Shown here: in pieces, positions 12,923 to 26,470 of the stretch
Numbering within the stretch: the stretch's first letter is position 1
How the letters are laid out: each line of letters begins with the position of its first letter
Origin: Lama glama
Taxonomy: Eukaryota
Reading direction: 5' to 3'
Length of the DNA: 64,000 bases
NCBI GenBank assembly: GCA_028534125.1
Contig: CM052818.1
Location: forward strand, 6,512,001 to 6,576,000
The notes under the pieces: generated by a model
The model's input: only the letters and a program-made list of their open reading frames with translations
Told to the model about the DNA's origin: nothing
The model's database searches: none
Made by a program: the position numbers and the translations under genes

Positions 12923-14950
12923 TAACATCTATAGAAAGATCTTAGAGTACTTCATGATTTTCCAAACGCTTCTCCATAGCATTCCAGGAACACTTAGTGA
13001 GATTTTACTGTGTGTGAAGTGTTAGGTCTACAGGGGGGACTCAGAAAGGCCCTCAAGCAGCTCACATTCTAGTTATTAGTAGCTAACATCACCCATATCT
13101 GTCCTATGGAAGCCAAATGAAATATTTGCTGTATGAAATCATCTTGCAGATATATTTGTAGTGGAGAAGATTGGAAGTTTAGCTTAATTTACCCTTTATA
13201 AAGGGGGTAATTGGGGCAGCAATTGAGAGCACAAAGTCTGGAATCAAATTACCTGGGTGCAAATTCCAGTTACATTGTTTACTGGCTGTGTGATCCTGGG
13301 CAAGTAGTCTAACCTCTCTGTGCTTCTGTTGTCTCATCCGGAAAGTGGGATAGTATAGTACCACCTGAGAGGGCAATGGTAAGAATTATTTAAGACTATA
13401 TGTAAGGCACCTTGAAGAGATCTTGGCACATAATAAACACTATACATGTTACCTATCACTCTTTTTAATTTATTTAAATTTGGAGATCAACTTGAGAGGA
13501 TATTTTATTCGCCCCTAGTTAATGGAGAGACAACAGAATGAGAAAAGGGAGATGAGAAGGAGGTAGATTCGCAAGGTCATTTAGTCAGTATACTGCCCCA
13601 GAAAAATACAGTGGCATCTTAAGGGATCCTAGCACATCATTTCTTGGTGAGTCAGAACTTGGTTGTGGCTGGCACCATTCACAAATCTGTGTCCCGGCAT
13701 GGTGCCCACACCTTTATCCCTACGTGGTCGAACACCCCAGAGAGAAGTAAATTAACACCATTATCCAGACCAACCAAACCAGTTCGGAGCCATGTTAGGA
13801 AAAAAGTTGAGGACGAGGGTGGAAACCTTCATGGGAGAGACCTGCAAATAGAGCTCTTACCCTTGACAGCCATCCAGAGCAAGTGAGTTCCATGGCTGGA
13901 AGCCATCACTCCATCTGTCTAATAAGTCATTCAAAAAGTTTTCCCATCTTCAGGTCATTAAAGATGAATGCCTATCAGCCCGAATGGCCCAGTTGTGTTC
14001 AGAAGCATAAGGTCACTGACTTCTTGGCTCAGATGTCCCTTCAGGAAAATCATCCAAAGAAGTCACTTAACCACTCAGTTTCCTTATCTAGAAAAAGGAT
14101 AAACTATTTCAGGGCCTTTTGTTCCTACTTATCTCCTTAGGGAGTTTGTGGTATCTGTGTACCTAAGAATCTTACCTAAAGTGTCCAATGTTACAGAGAC
14201 CAGCAAAACACTTGGTTAATTCACGTTGAGTTCATTGATGTTTCAGGAATTTGAATAACTGGAGGATGTGGGCGGGCCCTGTCTTTCATGCTTCTGAAAA
14301 TCTGGTGGTTAAACAAGAGAAAACAGTGAACATGCTCTTTCTAAAAGACACCCTTCTGAAGTTTTGCTACTGTCTTCTGCTTCACGGATCTATATGTGGC
14401 ATATTCTTGCTCACTTATCTATGGAAATCATTTCTTTCATCTGCTCTACCCACTGTGCCCAGTAAGATGCTGCCACCAAAACCAGTGTTGCTTGGAAACT
14501 ACCTTATCGTCAACCAAGTCTTCCAAGACTTGAAGCCACAGAGTGTGTCAAGAGGCACCCACCCACGACTTTACCACTTCAATGGAAGGAGGGCTTAGCC
14601 AGAGCTGGAGGATTTAAAGCAAACAAAGAAAGTTAAAGTTAAAGAAAGACACAAATGGGAACCCTGAAGGGCTCTATTTACTTCCTGTTGGATCAAACAA
14701 TGCTCAGTTTGACAGTGATTTGGACTTCATCTGGCATTGGAGTCACCTGGAGAGCTTGTTAAAATTCAGACTGCTGGGCCCACTTCAGTAATTTTGGATT
14801 CAATAGGACCAGGGAGGTCCTTAAAATTTGCCTATTTCCTACAGATTCAAAGGAGATGCTAATACAGATAGTCTGGGGATCACATTTGGAGAACCACTGG
14901 GTGGAAAGGTACATTCTTACAGGAGGAAAGTCTTAAGTTCTGCGTCTAAC

Positions 14951-15063
14951 TAAGTGACCAGCTGTCCTGGTCTTCTTGCGATTGAAATGTTTCCTAGAAC
15001 GCTGGACTTTTCAGTGCTAAAGCTGGGATGGTATTGAGCAAACCAGGATGGTTGGTCACCTTA
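14951..15063. mobile_element. MER94-like hAT-Blackjack MITE
   Basis: Terminal inverted repeats gtgaccagctgtcctgg ... ccaggatggttggtcac; internal gacttttcagtgctaaa. Confidence 0.7.
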
Positions 15064-17792
15064 AAAATAAAAAAGATGGTGACATCCTAATCTTTTTAAA
15101 GTCTGGATTAATTCAGCAGGCTAACTAGTTAGTTAAGAATTTACTAAGTCCCAGAGGCCACATAAGGGGATATCAGATGAATTAAGACAAATTAAAGAGA
15201 AGAACTGTAGTTCTTGTCCTCAGAGAAATTCCAAGCTGAGTAGCACATTTTTTGTTGCCTGCCTACATATATGCTAGGCATTAGCGAATAAGACAGACAT
15301 GGGACCTGCCCTCATGGAGCTGACTGTCTAGCGGGGAAGACATTGAACCTGGATGTACAAAGGTGAAATGGAAGTAATTCTGTCCTTGAAGTGGAGTTAT
15401 GAGGCCTAATAAATTTAATGGAGGCTACAAAAGAGAGCTGTAAGTTACAATTATTATAATCACATAACTCAGATCTTCTGAAAAGTCTTGATTTATGAGA
15501 CCACATTTCCCAGTTCTTGCATGAGGTAAAAAAAAAAACAAAAGGCCATGAAGCTAGAAGCCAGGAGAACTGAGGCTTAGTTCTGGTTTGGCTATTAACA
15601 TCTGTTTGACCTTAAAAGAGTCATTAATGTCTTTGTTCCTCAATTTCCTCACGATATCACTGTAAGAATCAAATGAAATATTATTATGGAAACACTTTCA
15701 ACACCAGCATAATTGGTTTATCTGGAAGGCAATTTATTTGGAAGGGTATCACACGAATCCTAATATCACAAATTCCCTGCTGCAACAAAATCAGAACAAT
15801 TTCCATGACCTGTGGTTCTTTCATAGAAACATTTTGAAAAAACTACAGAGCCTAGGTGAGTATAAGGGTTTCACTTTAAAGGAAGGAGCTTCCATGACTT
15901 AGGATGATAGTTTTCTGAGGACAAATGAAAAATTCTTTGAAGACTTGGAACTTAAATTTGCACCACTCTATTTAAATTCAAATTTATAAAGCCAGAGAGT
16001 CTAACAAATACTCAGCAGCATTAGGGGGAAAAAATGCACGTCTATTGTTGCCTCTATTTTTTCATCTTTAAAAAAAAAGTCTTTTTTGTAAAGTTGAAAG
16101 CTATTTTAATAATTTTCTAAGGCTTCCTTTTTTTCTTTACTGAGTGTATGTATGTACATTCATCCTAGGGACCCAAGATGTATATCTGAATCATGTCCTC
16201 CCCTGCTATGAACAATTTAGTAGCTTCCCATGGTCCTTAGATTAAGGATCAAATAATCTTAGGCTAATGATTTTCAGCCCTGGCTGCTTACCTCCTGGAG
16301 GACTTAATAGCAACAAGTTATTCCTAGTCTCTTCTCCAACTGAATCAGAATCTTTATGGGTGGGGCCTGGGTACCACATTTTGTAAAAGCCATGTGGTCT
16401 GGCACTTGTTGTCTCTCTAGTGCCTTTGCCACTGCCCTCCCTCTCCCGGCTCTGCTCAGCCTTGCTGGCCGAGTCCTTGATCCTGAACACAGTCTGCTGC
16501 TCCCTCCCCTCTCTTGGCTTGACCTCCCAGAACTACACCAAATTGCTCCAATGCACACTCTCCTAGCACCAGCCCCTGGCATCCTTGGCCGGTCTCACGG
16601 CTGCATTATACATTTCCTTGTACGATCCCACCGGGCTGTGAGTTCCTTGAGATCAGAGGTTGGCGATTTTCTGCTCAGTCTGTCTTCCCCAGATCCACTG
16701 AAGGGCCTGACAATAAAAGGCGCTCAGCAGTTATAGTAAATATAGAAAATGAATGTCAGGGTAGAAGATGAGCCAATATTTTGTGTCACAGGTTTTAAGA
16801 TATCAAAATATAGAGAGAGAGATATTTTAAAGTCACGTGTAAATCTAAGGAAATATCGTCATAAAACATTGAACTCCATTTAATCTTAGCTACAACTCCC
16901 CCAGCCAAGCTTCAAAGACAAGCGTCATTTGGAAAATAAAATTACAGAACTAATATAACGGGCCATATCCTGTTGAGAGTTATTTTGGGAAGTGCCGACA
17001 AAAGAGGGTTGTCTGCTGCCTTTTTAGTGCTGGGATGGGGATCCACAGTCGAGGACTCCCTTTCAGAGAGAGATTTTCTGAAACAGGAGTTAGGCCATGT
17101 GGTAACTGCACACAACCCCAGGTTCTGCTCTCAACCTCCTTCTCCTGGGGCCTCCCTGTCAGGCAGTCAGTTCGTTCATAAATAATATCTGTTCCTAAAT
17201 GCAGAAATGCAAATAGACCGTAACTTCGGTTCCTATATTTGTAGCTTGAAACATCAGAGAGCTTGACTCCACCATAGCCACTTCTGTAAGCCTTGGAAAT
17301 AAGCCACAGCCGGTCGCCTCGAGCAACTCAACTCCATGCACAGTAGATAAAATTAACCCACAAAACAGAGAATCGGGTTCAGATTCTGCTTCCACCCCCA
17401 ATTACCAGTGAGAGACCTTAGGCAAGTTACTTACCCTGTCTGTACCTAGTATTCCTTGTGCCTCCCCCCCCAAAATGGGTTTGGTATTGAAAGTCCCATA
17501 TCTCAGAGGGTGGTTGGTAGGCTAAATGAATTAATACACATGACATTCTTCGAACGGTACCTGGCATGTCGTAAGCACTCAATAAATAGTTGTTATTATC
17601 AGTGTTGATGGCATTTCAAGAACAGCCCGAGACCAGGTGGGATTCCTGAGCAGTTGCCTTCTTTCCCAAGTCCAAGCCAAGTTCCCGTGGACCAGGTGGC
17701 CTCCTCACACTCACAGGGAGGGAAGACAATCTGCCTTGTTTGGAGCCACAGTAGCACAGGTCCAAATGGGATGAGAAGGCCCCCTACCTTTT

Positions 17793-17918
17793 TTGGGGGG
17801 AGGGGGAAATTAGCTTTTATTTATTTAAGTCTTTTTTTTTAATGGAGGCACTGGGAATTGAACCCAGGACCTCGTGCATGCTAGGCATGCATTCTATCCC
17901 TTAGTTATACCTTCCCCC
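17793..17918 (-). mobile_element. tRNA-derived SINE (camelid vic-1-like)
   Basis: aatggaggcactgggaattgaacccaggacctcgtgcatgctaggcatgcattctatcccttagttatacc (box B GGTTCAATT on minus). Flanking repeats cccct(a/g)cctttt. Confidence 0.8.
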
Positions 17919-18869
17919 TGTCCCCTGCCTTTTAACAAGGGGAAAGAATGTGCCAGAAGAAATTCATTTTTACTTGTATTACTGCCGCCAGATAAAGGGA
18001 GGGTGGGATAATATGACCTACAGACAGATGCCTTTATCTTTCAGTCACAATGAATCGGAAGAGGAAGTAAAAGCCGTTTCCTGCAGCACATCACAACGTT
18101 GGTATCTAGTGTTTGAACCCCACTTTGTACAGAGAAGTGTACTTTTATAGTCTTCACTTCTTTTTGTTTGGGTGGTGCAGAGGAGAAACAATACCACACA
18201 GAGGAAAGGTTGCTAAGGGGAAACGGGAGGCTGGGATTCTAGGCTTAGTGTTATACCTGCCTTCTCCGGGCCTCAGATTCCTCATCTGTTAAGTGTGGAA
18301 GATGGACAAAATCCTCCCCAATGTTCCTTCTAGGAGCAAAAACAAAAAACAAAAAACAAAACAAAACAAAACTCAAAAGGACTTGAAAACTTTATAGAAA
18401 GGGGAATTAAGCCATCAGAAAAAAAGCAAAGTTTGGTAGGGATGTGGAAAAGATGTTAGGTTGGGGTTGCAGAGAGGTTGCAGGATCTCCTCTTTGGTGG
18501 CTTTACCTGTAGAGGTGTCTGTTGACATGTGGGGTGTGGGAGGCATGAGAAAGTTGGGGTTTGGATGGGGGGCTGCAGGGGCATGGTAAAGGTTTGTTGT
18601 AACCCCATGGTTTTTTCTTCATCTTGCCCTGATTTGCTACACATGTGTAATTTAGGGAATAAACAGTTCCCTGCTGTTACCCCTGTGAAAACTGAGAACA
18701 AGAGCTCTTGGCTAAGAATTTAGTCAAATCCCTTCCAGAAAGTTCAGAAAGTAAGAAAGCATCCATTCATAGGTTCATGGTTCCTTTCTTAGTCCTAGAG
18801 GCTCCTAATCCTCTGAGAATTCATGCTTGTCTTTGAGAGGAGAATGTGACATGTGTGTATGTGTCTGTA

Positions 18870-19246
18870 CTGAGTAGACCCCAAAATCACCCCCTGAAAT
18901 TGTCAGGAGAGTGACTATTTACACTGCAGCTACAGTGATGGGAAAACCCAAAATCAGCTCAGCTTAGGGAGGCCACGTCCACATGAATACACATTCCCTA
19001 CACCATGGGCCCCAGAAGGAGACACAGGTCACATGCCCCACATAGCCACTGGCCCAAGGAGGATGAGAGAAACATAAAACATAGTTGAATCCAACCTGGC
19101 ACTTAGGTCCCTGATCCAAGGGCCACCCTAGCTCAGTCAAGCCTACCTGCAGACCTACGAGCATGAGAATAAAGGATTGTTGTTTTAAACAACAGCTTCA
19201 GGATAATTTGTTAGACAACATAACTGTGGCAATGCTGACTGATACA
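18870..19246 (+). mobile_element. MaLR (MLT1-type) LTR, old
   Basis: 3' end gagaataaaggattgttgttttaa...ttgttagacaaca...tgactgataca is characteristic of MLT1. Confidence 0.65.
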
Positions 19247-19729
19247 TCACTTTATATCAGAGGAAGCCAGCTCTAGAAAGAGGGGAGAAGGGTAGAGGCT
19301 GACCCTTTTGAGTTACATAAGCAGTGGGTGTCTATTTTATCTGGTAAGCTATATTGATTCACACATTCATTTATTTATTCATTTATTCAAAAGATATCCA
19401 ATGAGCCACCTACTACATTTCAGACACTGGGGACAAAACAGTGAATAAAACAGGTTGGAAATCTTTGCTCCATGGAATGTATATTCCAGTCTGTGAGATG
19501 CATTTGCTCCAGGCTACCCTGAGCAGAGGAAATGGTTTTAGAGCATCTCCATCTCAGTGCAGCCAGCTCATTTACATTTGTTTAGCTACTACCACACAGG
19601 TTTTAGCCATTCTTGTAACCCAATTTAGTTCCCTTCTCTACTTCTCTTTTGAAAGGAATGACTTGCCCCAAGTTCCTACTATTTGACAAGCATTATTTTT
19701 AATCATTACAAAAAGAGCGGTTACCAGTA

Positions 19730-20154
19730 CAGGTTTCCCCTACTATCAAAAGGAGACGGTGCCTGTGAAATCTTTCGTAAGCCCAAATGGCTTAAAGCAA
19801 ACAAGCAATTACCTTAGGACACATCTTGCTAATGGAGGCACAGAATAAATCGAGATAAAGAACGGATGCTCACAGACACAGCCAAAAACCGTGGCGGCTG
19901 GAGGCTGAGATGCTGAGTGTGGTTCCCGGGAAGGAGCCGCGCGGTTCCACTGTTGCTGCTCGGGCTCGGGGCGTGCTGCCCCTGGAACGGCTCCTGCAGA
20001 ACACACACTGAATGCCCTTTTCACTTTTCACTTCTTTCATAAAAGTGAAAATCCTCTTCAGAGTTCTTGCGGTTACAGAAAACAGGTACTAATGTGGGTC
20101 TTTCGTAAAAGCAAGGGGGAATAAAGCAAACTTCCGAAAAGTGGGGGATACCCG
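19730..20154. mobile_element. Non-autonomous Tc1/mariner (Tigger-like) DNA transposon
   Basis: TA on both sides (19728-19729, 20155-20156). Imperfect TIRs caggtttcccctactatc / gaaaagtgggggatacccg, with subterminal tctttcgtaa repeats. Confidence 0.75.
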
Positions 20155-20419
20155 TATTCTCATTATTTACCATAGGAAATGGAGGTGAGAAAAGTGAAGT
20201 AATTTGTCCCTGGTCACAAATTTTTGATGTTTTGATGATCCGTATTACCTCTCATAAGCTTGGCATTGCCGTGGAAGGTTCTAGAGTAAAAGAAAATATT
20301 CTCTAGTGTCAGATACCTTCACGGTGTAATGAAAATGGTGGTTTCCGGGGCTACCTCTATGACTTCATCCTTTCTGCTGAGTAAATTAGTTTCTTTTGTT
20401 CCTGATTCGTATTTCATGA

Positions 20420-20930
20420 GCACATGTGTTTTAAGCCAACTAGAAACTTTTCAAATGGCTATACACCTCAGAACATACAATCTTAGTTAGACCTTCAAAT
20501 AATTTCTGGTCTGAAAACAAATGGAGACCCAAAAGACTCAGGAAGAACTTTTTACCTACCCCTTAACTACCTAAAAGAATTTAGATGGGGGACCTGGCTC
20601 AGAGAGAGGGGTATGACTAGAAGTAACCTTTTATCTGAATGACTTATCTGTACGGAAGGGCAAACGTCTAATTACCCAGTATCTGCTCTTCTCATTGTCC
20701 TGTGAATTACCCTCTTCCCCTTTGAAGCCCCAGGCTCCTATCTCATTCCTTAGCTCAGGACAGCATATAAGGCTTCCTGCCCCACTTGCCTGGGGTCTCA
20801 TATTCTCTTGGGGACCCCCTGTACATACCTAATTAAATTTGTTTTCCTCCTTTAATCTCTTATGTTAATTTAATTTGTAGACCAGCAGAAGAACCAAGAA
20901 GAGTAGAGGAAAATTTTTTCCTCCCCAACA
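20420..20930 (+). mobile_element. ERV1-class LTR, MER34-like (5' boundary uncertain)
   Basis: CATATAAG TATA-like motif, ATTAAA, and a 3' terminus ...agaagagtagaggaaaattttttcctccccaaca typical of the MER34 group. Confidence 0.7.
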
Positions 20931-20931
20931 A

Positions 20932-20936
20932 TAGAT

Positions 20937-20976
<40 letters not shown>

Positions 20977-21030
20977 CATACATACATACATAGATATATA
21001 GATACATAGATACTTAGGTAGATAATAGAT
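20932..21030. repeat. (TAGA)n/(TACA)n tetranucleotide microsatellite
   Basis: Directly visible tandem repeat. Confidence 0.95.
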
Positions 21031-23789
21031 AATCTCCAAAATGAAAGAAAAAAGAAAAGGATGAGAAAAAGAAAGCAAATGTGAAAACCTGTTAATCTAG
21101 GTGAAGAATCCATGGATTTTGTTGCCTTTTCTTTCCACTTTATTATGTTCGAAAAAATTCAGAATAAAAATTGGGGGAAGAAAGATGAAGGTGTTGGAAT
21201 AAATGGTGTCTCCGTTCCTTACCTTGCTGGCCATGTGAAAAACATCAAGACCTGAAATAGATCACCCTGAGAAGATGGGGTCCTGTCTGAAGCTCTGGAT
21301 CAGGTCAACTGTCCTCACTGCAAACCCACATTGAAGGTCTAGCATTTTTGTTTGTCACACTCAGGCGCTAACCACGTGGGGGGCTGGCTCCCCTGCTCCT
21401 TCCCTTAGTCTGAGACATTGTGATGACTGTTTGGAGTTGGCTTTGATAGACAAGAGGATATTCATGCATTTCTGGGAGAGTCTGTGAAGGGTGAGTCAGG
21501 AAAAGACTGGGAAGGAGATGAGGGGGCAGAGTGTTGGGATGTTTGCAACTGGGAAACAACTCAGGGAATGTGTGGGAAATGTGGAGGAGGGGAGTCTGGG
21601 AAAGGGTGAAGGAGCAGGGGCTTATCTAAAAACTCTTTAATACAAACACAGCAGCAGAAGGCTTATTTGTCTTGTTTATTTGCCTGCCACCGGGTCCCAC
21701 TGTGAAGCAGGCAGGCACCACTTACCTGCACTCCCTCATCCTGCAAGTGAGCACTGATTCCTTCTATATTCTTTCATCCAAGCGCTCCTTTCCTTGCAAA
21801 CAGCTAGTCTTCTACAAGTTAATGTGCCCAAAGTAAGGAACAAAAATTTTTAGAGCTGGAAAATGTGTGGAGGCAGATTGTAGGAGGGCAAGGGTAAAAA
21901 CAGGAAGACCATTTTGGAAGCTTTTACAGTCATCCCAGTGCCGGATGATGGTGGCCTAGACCAGGGGTTTAGAGGAGGCGAAGTGAGGCAGTTGAATTCT
22001 GAATGTGTCTGCAGGCAGAAGTCAAAAGTGTTACATTGCTGCCTTGCCTAAAAGCATCGCTGGTCCCTCCAATGTCCCTTCAGCGTTCCCTCTCCTTGTG
22101 GTTTATATTCTCCTTTACCTGGAGAGCTTGGTTCTTAGAGCCACCAGGGAAGTCAGAGGCTGGAAGGATGAAGGCAAATCCATCCTTGATCCTGGAAACA
22201 CTATTCAAAGGGCATGACCTCTTGATAAAGATTGGTCAGCAACAATCAGAGAAAGTCAGGTCCAGCTCAACCTTCCACCTTTCCCTGGAAGCCTTACTCC
22301 CCAGTGTGACGCCCACCTCCTATGAACTCAAGGGCAGTCTCACCTATAGTAATAATATCCTGTCTGACATGAGTACAGTACTTTACAATTGTTTTACACC
22401 ATTCGGAGAGGTCTTTCCTAACCCCTAAACGAGATGATACCCCATGTTTTATATTCCCGTGGTATCTTGTTCTTCCCCTATTATAATTCTCACTATATTC
22501 TATTGCAGATATTTAATTATCTGTCTTTCTTGCTAGACTGAAACACTTTATAAGAAGAGAGCAATGTTATACCTCTGGTACCTAACACAGTGCCTGTTTC
22601 CTGAAAGGAATTCAGTACATCCCTACAGTCGAATGAATAAATGATCAAGAATTTTCAAAACAATTCTTTCGAGGTAGGTCTCCTTGTCTCCACTTTATTA
22701 ATGAGGGGAAGGAGCTGTTGAGAGAGTGTGGTCACCAAGCTAATTAGTGGAAGAACTAACTGGGAATGGCACCCAGGTCCCAGCTCTCTCTACTACGCTC
22801 CACATAGAACCCACAAGAAACATCCATTCATTTAATCAGTCGACACACACTTCTTGATTATTCCCCAGACGTCAGGCTTTGCTTAGGGAACATATGCTCA
22901 TGGGGGAACATACTGAAAAGAGTAAGCTTTGCGTTCAGATGCTGGAAACCAAAAACAGAGAAATGGACCTGCAAAAACATAATGGATTTATAGTGTGGTT
23001 AACTACCATGGGAGCTCCTAGGAGGAACATCTCTGTCTGGGTGAAGGAAGGCTTAAATGGTTCCATTTGATCCCGGTTTTGAAAAATAAATTTTTTTCCC
23101 CAGGAACAGAGCGGGAAAGGTTATTAATGGACAGGTTTGATGGCCAGCATCTCCACTGAGGGTAACCTCGTTTCTAGCTTTGTAGCTGACTCTCCCATTC
23201 CACTCAAGTCCCAGGAGCTGGCTTCAGGAAATGGAAGAATCGGTCCCAGGACCTTAGGCTTGCTTAACTCAAAAACAGTCAGTGCAACAGGAGGCCCACC
23301 ATGTGGAGCCAGGTTGGGTTATAAACATCCCTGGAGCTCACCTACCTGGGCCACCATATACAGGTTAAAATATCATCTATGTGAATGACGTTCGTTAGGC
23401 TCAGGCAGTGCTCACCTCTCACCATCACACACAGTGGCTGCAACATCTCATTTCAATCAATACATAGAATCTATTTTTGCTACAAATGAAAGAATGGTGT
23501 AGGTCCCCTGACATAGAATAAAGCGAGGTACATCTTGCCGTGAGTAATAGAGTATTAGAGCGGGGGAGACCACTGGTTTACTGGAATCTGGGACAAGTTG
23601 CCTCCTAAGAATATAACAAACCAGCCAGAGCAGTCAACAGGCCTTCTCTCATAGAGACATCGCACTGAAAGCCAGCCAAATGAGGAAGATTATTCTGTGA
23701 GCATTGTCGTAGTGTACTAGGAATTTGGTGGGGGGAGGGGGAGAGCTATCACCATAAGCAGTTAATTGACAGAAATTTTTTACGTAGGA

Positions 23790-24380
23790 AAGTATGGTGA
23801 TCAGATTTATATTTTAGAAAGATGATGGGCTGCAGTATGTATTAGGGGAGCAAAGGACTGAGACAGGGAGATTGTTTAGACGGTTAATGAAAAAATGCCA
23901 GTGAAAGATGATGAGGCATCTATCCGGATAATGAGAATGAAGAGGAGGAAATGGATTCAGAGACTATTTAGGAAATAGAGTCATCAGGACCTGGATGACT
24001 AATTGCATGTAGGGGGTGAGAAAATAGGAAGAGGAGAGGATGACTCCTGAGTTTCTGACTTGGGAAAGTGTGCGGATGGTGGTTGGAAGAAGAGAGAGAA
24101 AGGGAATGTGTGTGTGTGTTTTCAAAAGAATTCCGCTTTGTAACTGCTGAAGTGACTGTGGACCATAGGCGTAGGTTCCCAGTAGGTAGCTGGATACGTG
24201 GTCTGCAATTTAGAAGACAATACATGGACATAGTAATTTGAGAGTCATCAGAGTTTAAATGCTAAGTAGGAGTGGATGAGGTAATTCAAGGAGGCCACAT
24301 AGAAAGGGGAGAAGGCTGGAGACCCAAACTGAGGGAACATCAACATTTAAGGAGCAGTTGGAAGCAGTTGCCCATGAAAA
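23790..24380 (-). mobile_element. L2 LINE fragment (further L2 pieces ~21850-22020, 22430-22645, 27720-28140, 28900-29230, 34560-34880)
   Basis: atggattcagagactatttaggaaatagagtcatcaggacctggatgac...tttgagagtcatcag, typical of L2 ORF2/3' sequence. Confidence 0.7.
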
Positions 24381-24774
24381 TGACTGATTTAAACTTTAAA
24401 CACCACTGCGAGCCTTAGATGTTCTAGCTTCAGTTGGAACTGCATTTGGCTGCATATAACAGAAAACTGACTATTTCTCATCCAGAAGGCAGTCCAGGCA
24501 GGGCTTAATGAAGCCACCAAAACTCATGCTCTTTCCAGCTCCTTCTGTCCTTATGGTCCTAAAATGGTTGCTCCACCTCAGGCATCAAGCCTGCGTTCCA
24601 AGCAGAAAGAGGGGGAGAGACAAAGGACAAAAAGCATTTGCCAAGTTTCCCCCTTTTTATCAGAAAAACAATAGTTCTCTGAGAAGTCTCACCCATTAGA
24701 ATAAAACCTTTAACTCGTTGGCCAGGGTTGGAGATACAAATATCTTACCACATGGGTGCCTGGAAGAGATTTCG

Positions 24775-25810
24775 TTTTTTTAACTCTTTGTTTGGAAATA
24801 AGTTCAGGCTGACAGAAAACTTGCAGAAGTAGTATTGAGGAATTCCTATGTATTCTTTATCCCAAATTTCCAAATATTAACATTCACCACATTGACTTTA
24901 TCATTTTCTCTCTCTCATGCTGATTCACTCCTACATAATTCAGTATGTCCTTCCTTAGAATAAGGACCTTCTCTTACATAATCATAGTGCAATGATCAAA
25001 ATCAGAATATTAACATTGACACAATGCTCAAATTTAATCTACAGCTTTTGCTAATTGTCTCACTCATATCCTTTATCCTTTTAAAAAAAGTATTTTCTAG
25101 TCCAGGAACCAATCCAGGATCATACATTGCATTTTGTTGTCATGATGCTTTAGTTTACTTTAAGGAAATTTCCTCAAACTGCCTTTATCTTTCATGTCAT
25201 TGACATTTTTGAAGACCACAGGCCACTTACTTAGAGAACATCCCTTATGTGAGCTTGGTGTTTTCTTATGATTCTGGTTACATATTTTTGGCTAGAATAC
25301 CTTCTCGGGGCATCATATCACAGGGTACATAATTTTGATACTTTGATCACTTGGTTAAAGTGGTGAGGTGGTCTTGATCAGATTTCCCTTACTACACAGT
25401 TATGATTTTACCCTTTGAAATTAAATTAATAAGAATCTGTGGGAGATGCTTGGGGACTATATAAATGTCATGTTTCTTGTCAAACTTTCACCTCTCATTT
25501 TAGCATTTATTGATGATCTTGCCTGAAACAACAGTATGGTGATTACAAAATGGTGATTTGCTAATTCTATCATTCATTCTGCAATGTATTATTTTTCCTT
25601 TTACCATATAGAAGAACTTTTCTTCCTCCTCATTTATTTGTTTCTGTATGGACTCATGGATTCCTAGTCTAGTCAAATGGGTTATCATCAACTACTGTCA
25701 TTACATCTATGCTCAAATTGTTATAGATTGGCCTTTAGAGGCCCCTTTAAGCTGACCTCTGTGTCTTTTTGACGTGTCCCCATCATTCCTTGAACACCTT
25801 TCTTATCTGA
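24775..25810 (-). mobile_element. Old L1 (L1MC4/L1MC5-like) 3' region
   Basis: tttggaaataagttcaggctgacagaaaacttgcagaag...ccaatccaggatcatacattgcatt...tttgatcacttggttaaagtggtg motifs. Confidence 0.75.
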
Positions 25811-26142
25811 GATGCACATTACTGCTCTGATCAATCAGGCTTCTGTTCATAGGAACAAGAGGAGAAGTGGACACTGTGTGGGCAACCAGCTGTGTCTACC
25901 ACTCCTAGCTCCTCAACATTCCAAGAGCTGGTGACTTGAATCCAGGCCTTGCTTTGTTCTAACGAAACAACTTAGTGCCCACATTCCAAAAAGAGCTTTG
26001 AGGCCCTGCAATTCCATCCACGCTTTCCTCACTGAAATCCTTTATCACCATCCAAACTGAGTGCTCCTAGGGCCAGGGCCCCTGTGTTGCACAACTCCAG
26101 GGGGTGCCATTCATACTGTAGACTCTGAATGACCTATTAGAG

Positions 26143-26470
26143 CAGGGACCGGCCAGCTTTTTCTAGAAAGGGCCAGATAGTAAATACTTTCAGCTGCATG
26201 GGCCATTCGGTCTTTATTGCAACTACTCAACTCTGCCACTGAAGTGAGAAAGAGCCACAGACAAAACGTAAGTGAATCGGCATGGCTGTGATCCAATAAG
26301 ACGTTGTGTACACATATTGACATTGAATTTCATATCGTTTTCATGCATCATGAAATATTATTCCTCATTTCAATTTAAAAAATGATTAAGAATGTAGAAA
26401 CCATTCTTAGCTCGTGGGCTTTACAAAAATAGGCAGCTGGTTAGATATGACCATAGTTGTCCAACTCCTT
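26143..26470. mobile_element. MER58B-like hAT-Charlie element (shorter MER58A-like copy at ~28404-28580)
   Basis: cagggaccggccagcttttt...aagggccagatagtaaata...aactactcaactctgccac. Confidence 0.75.

Noticed and set aside
12400..12925. Possible chimeric retro-insertion (L1 EN fragment plus unique sequence plus (TTTA)n tail)
   Set aside because: No convincing TSD found, so the parts cannot be tied to a single insertion event.
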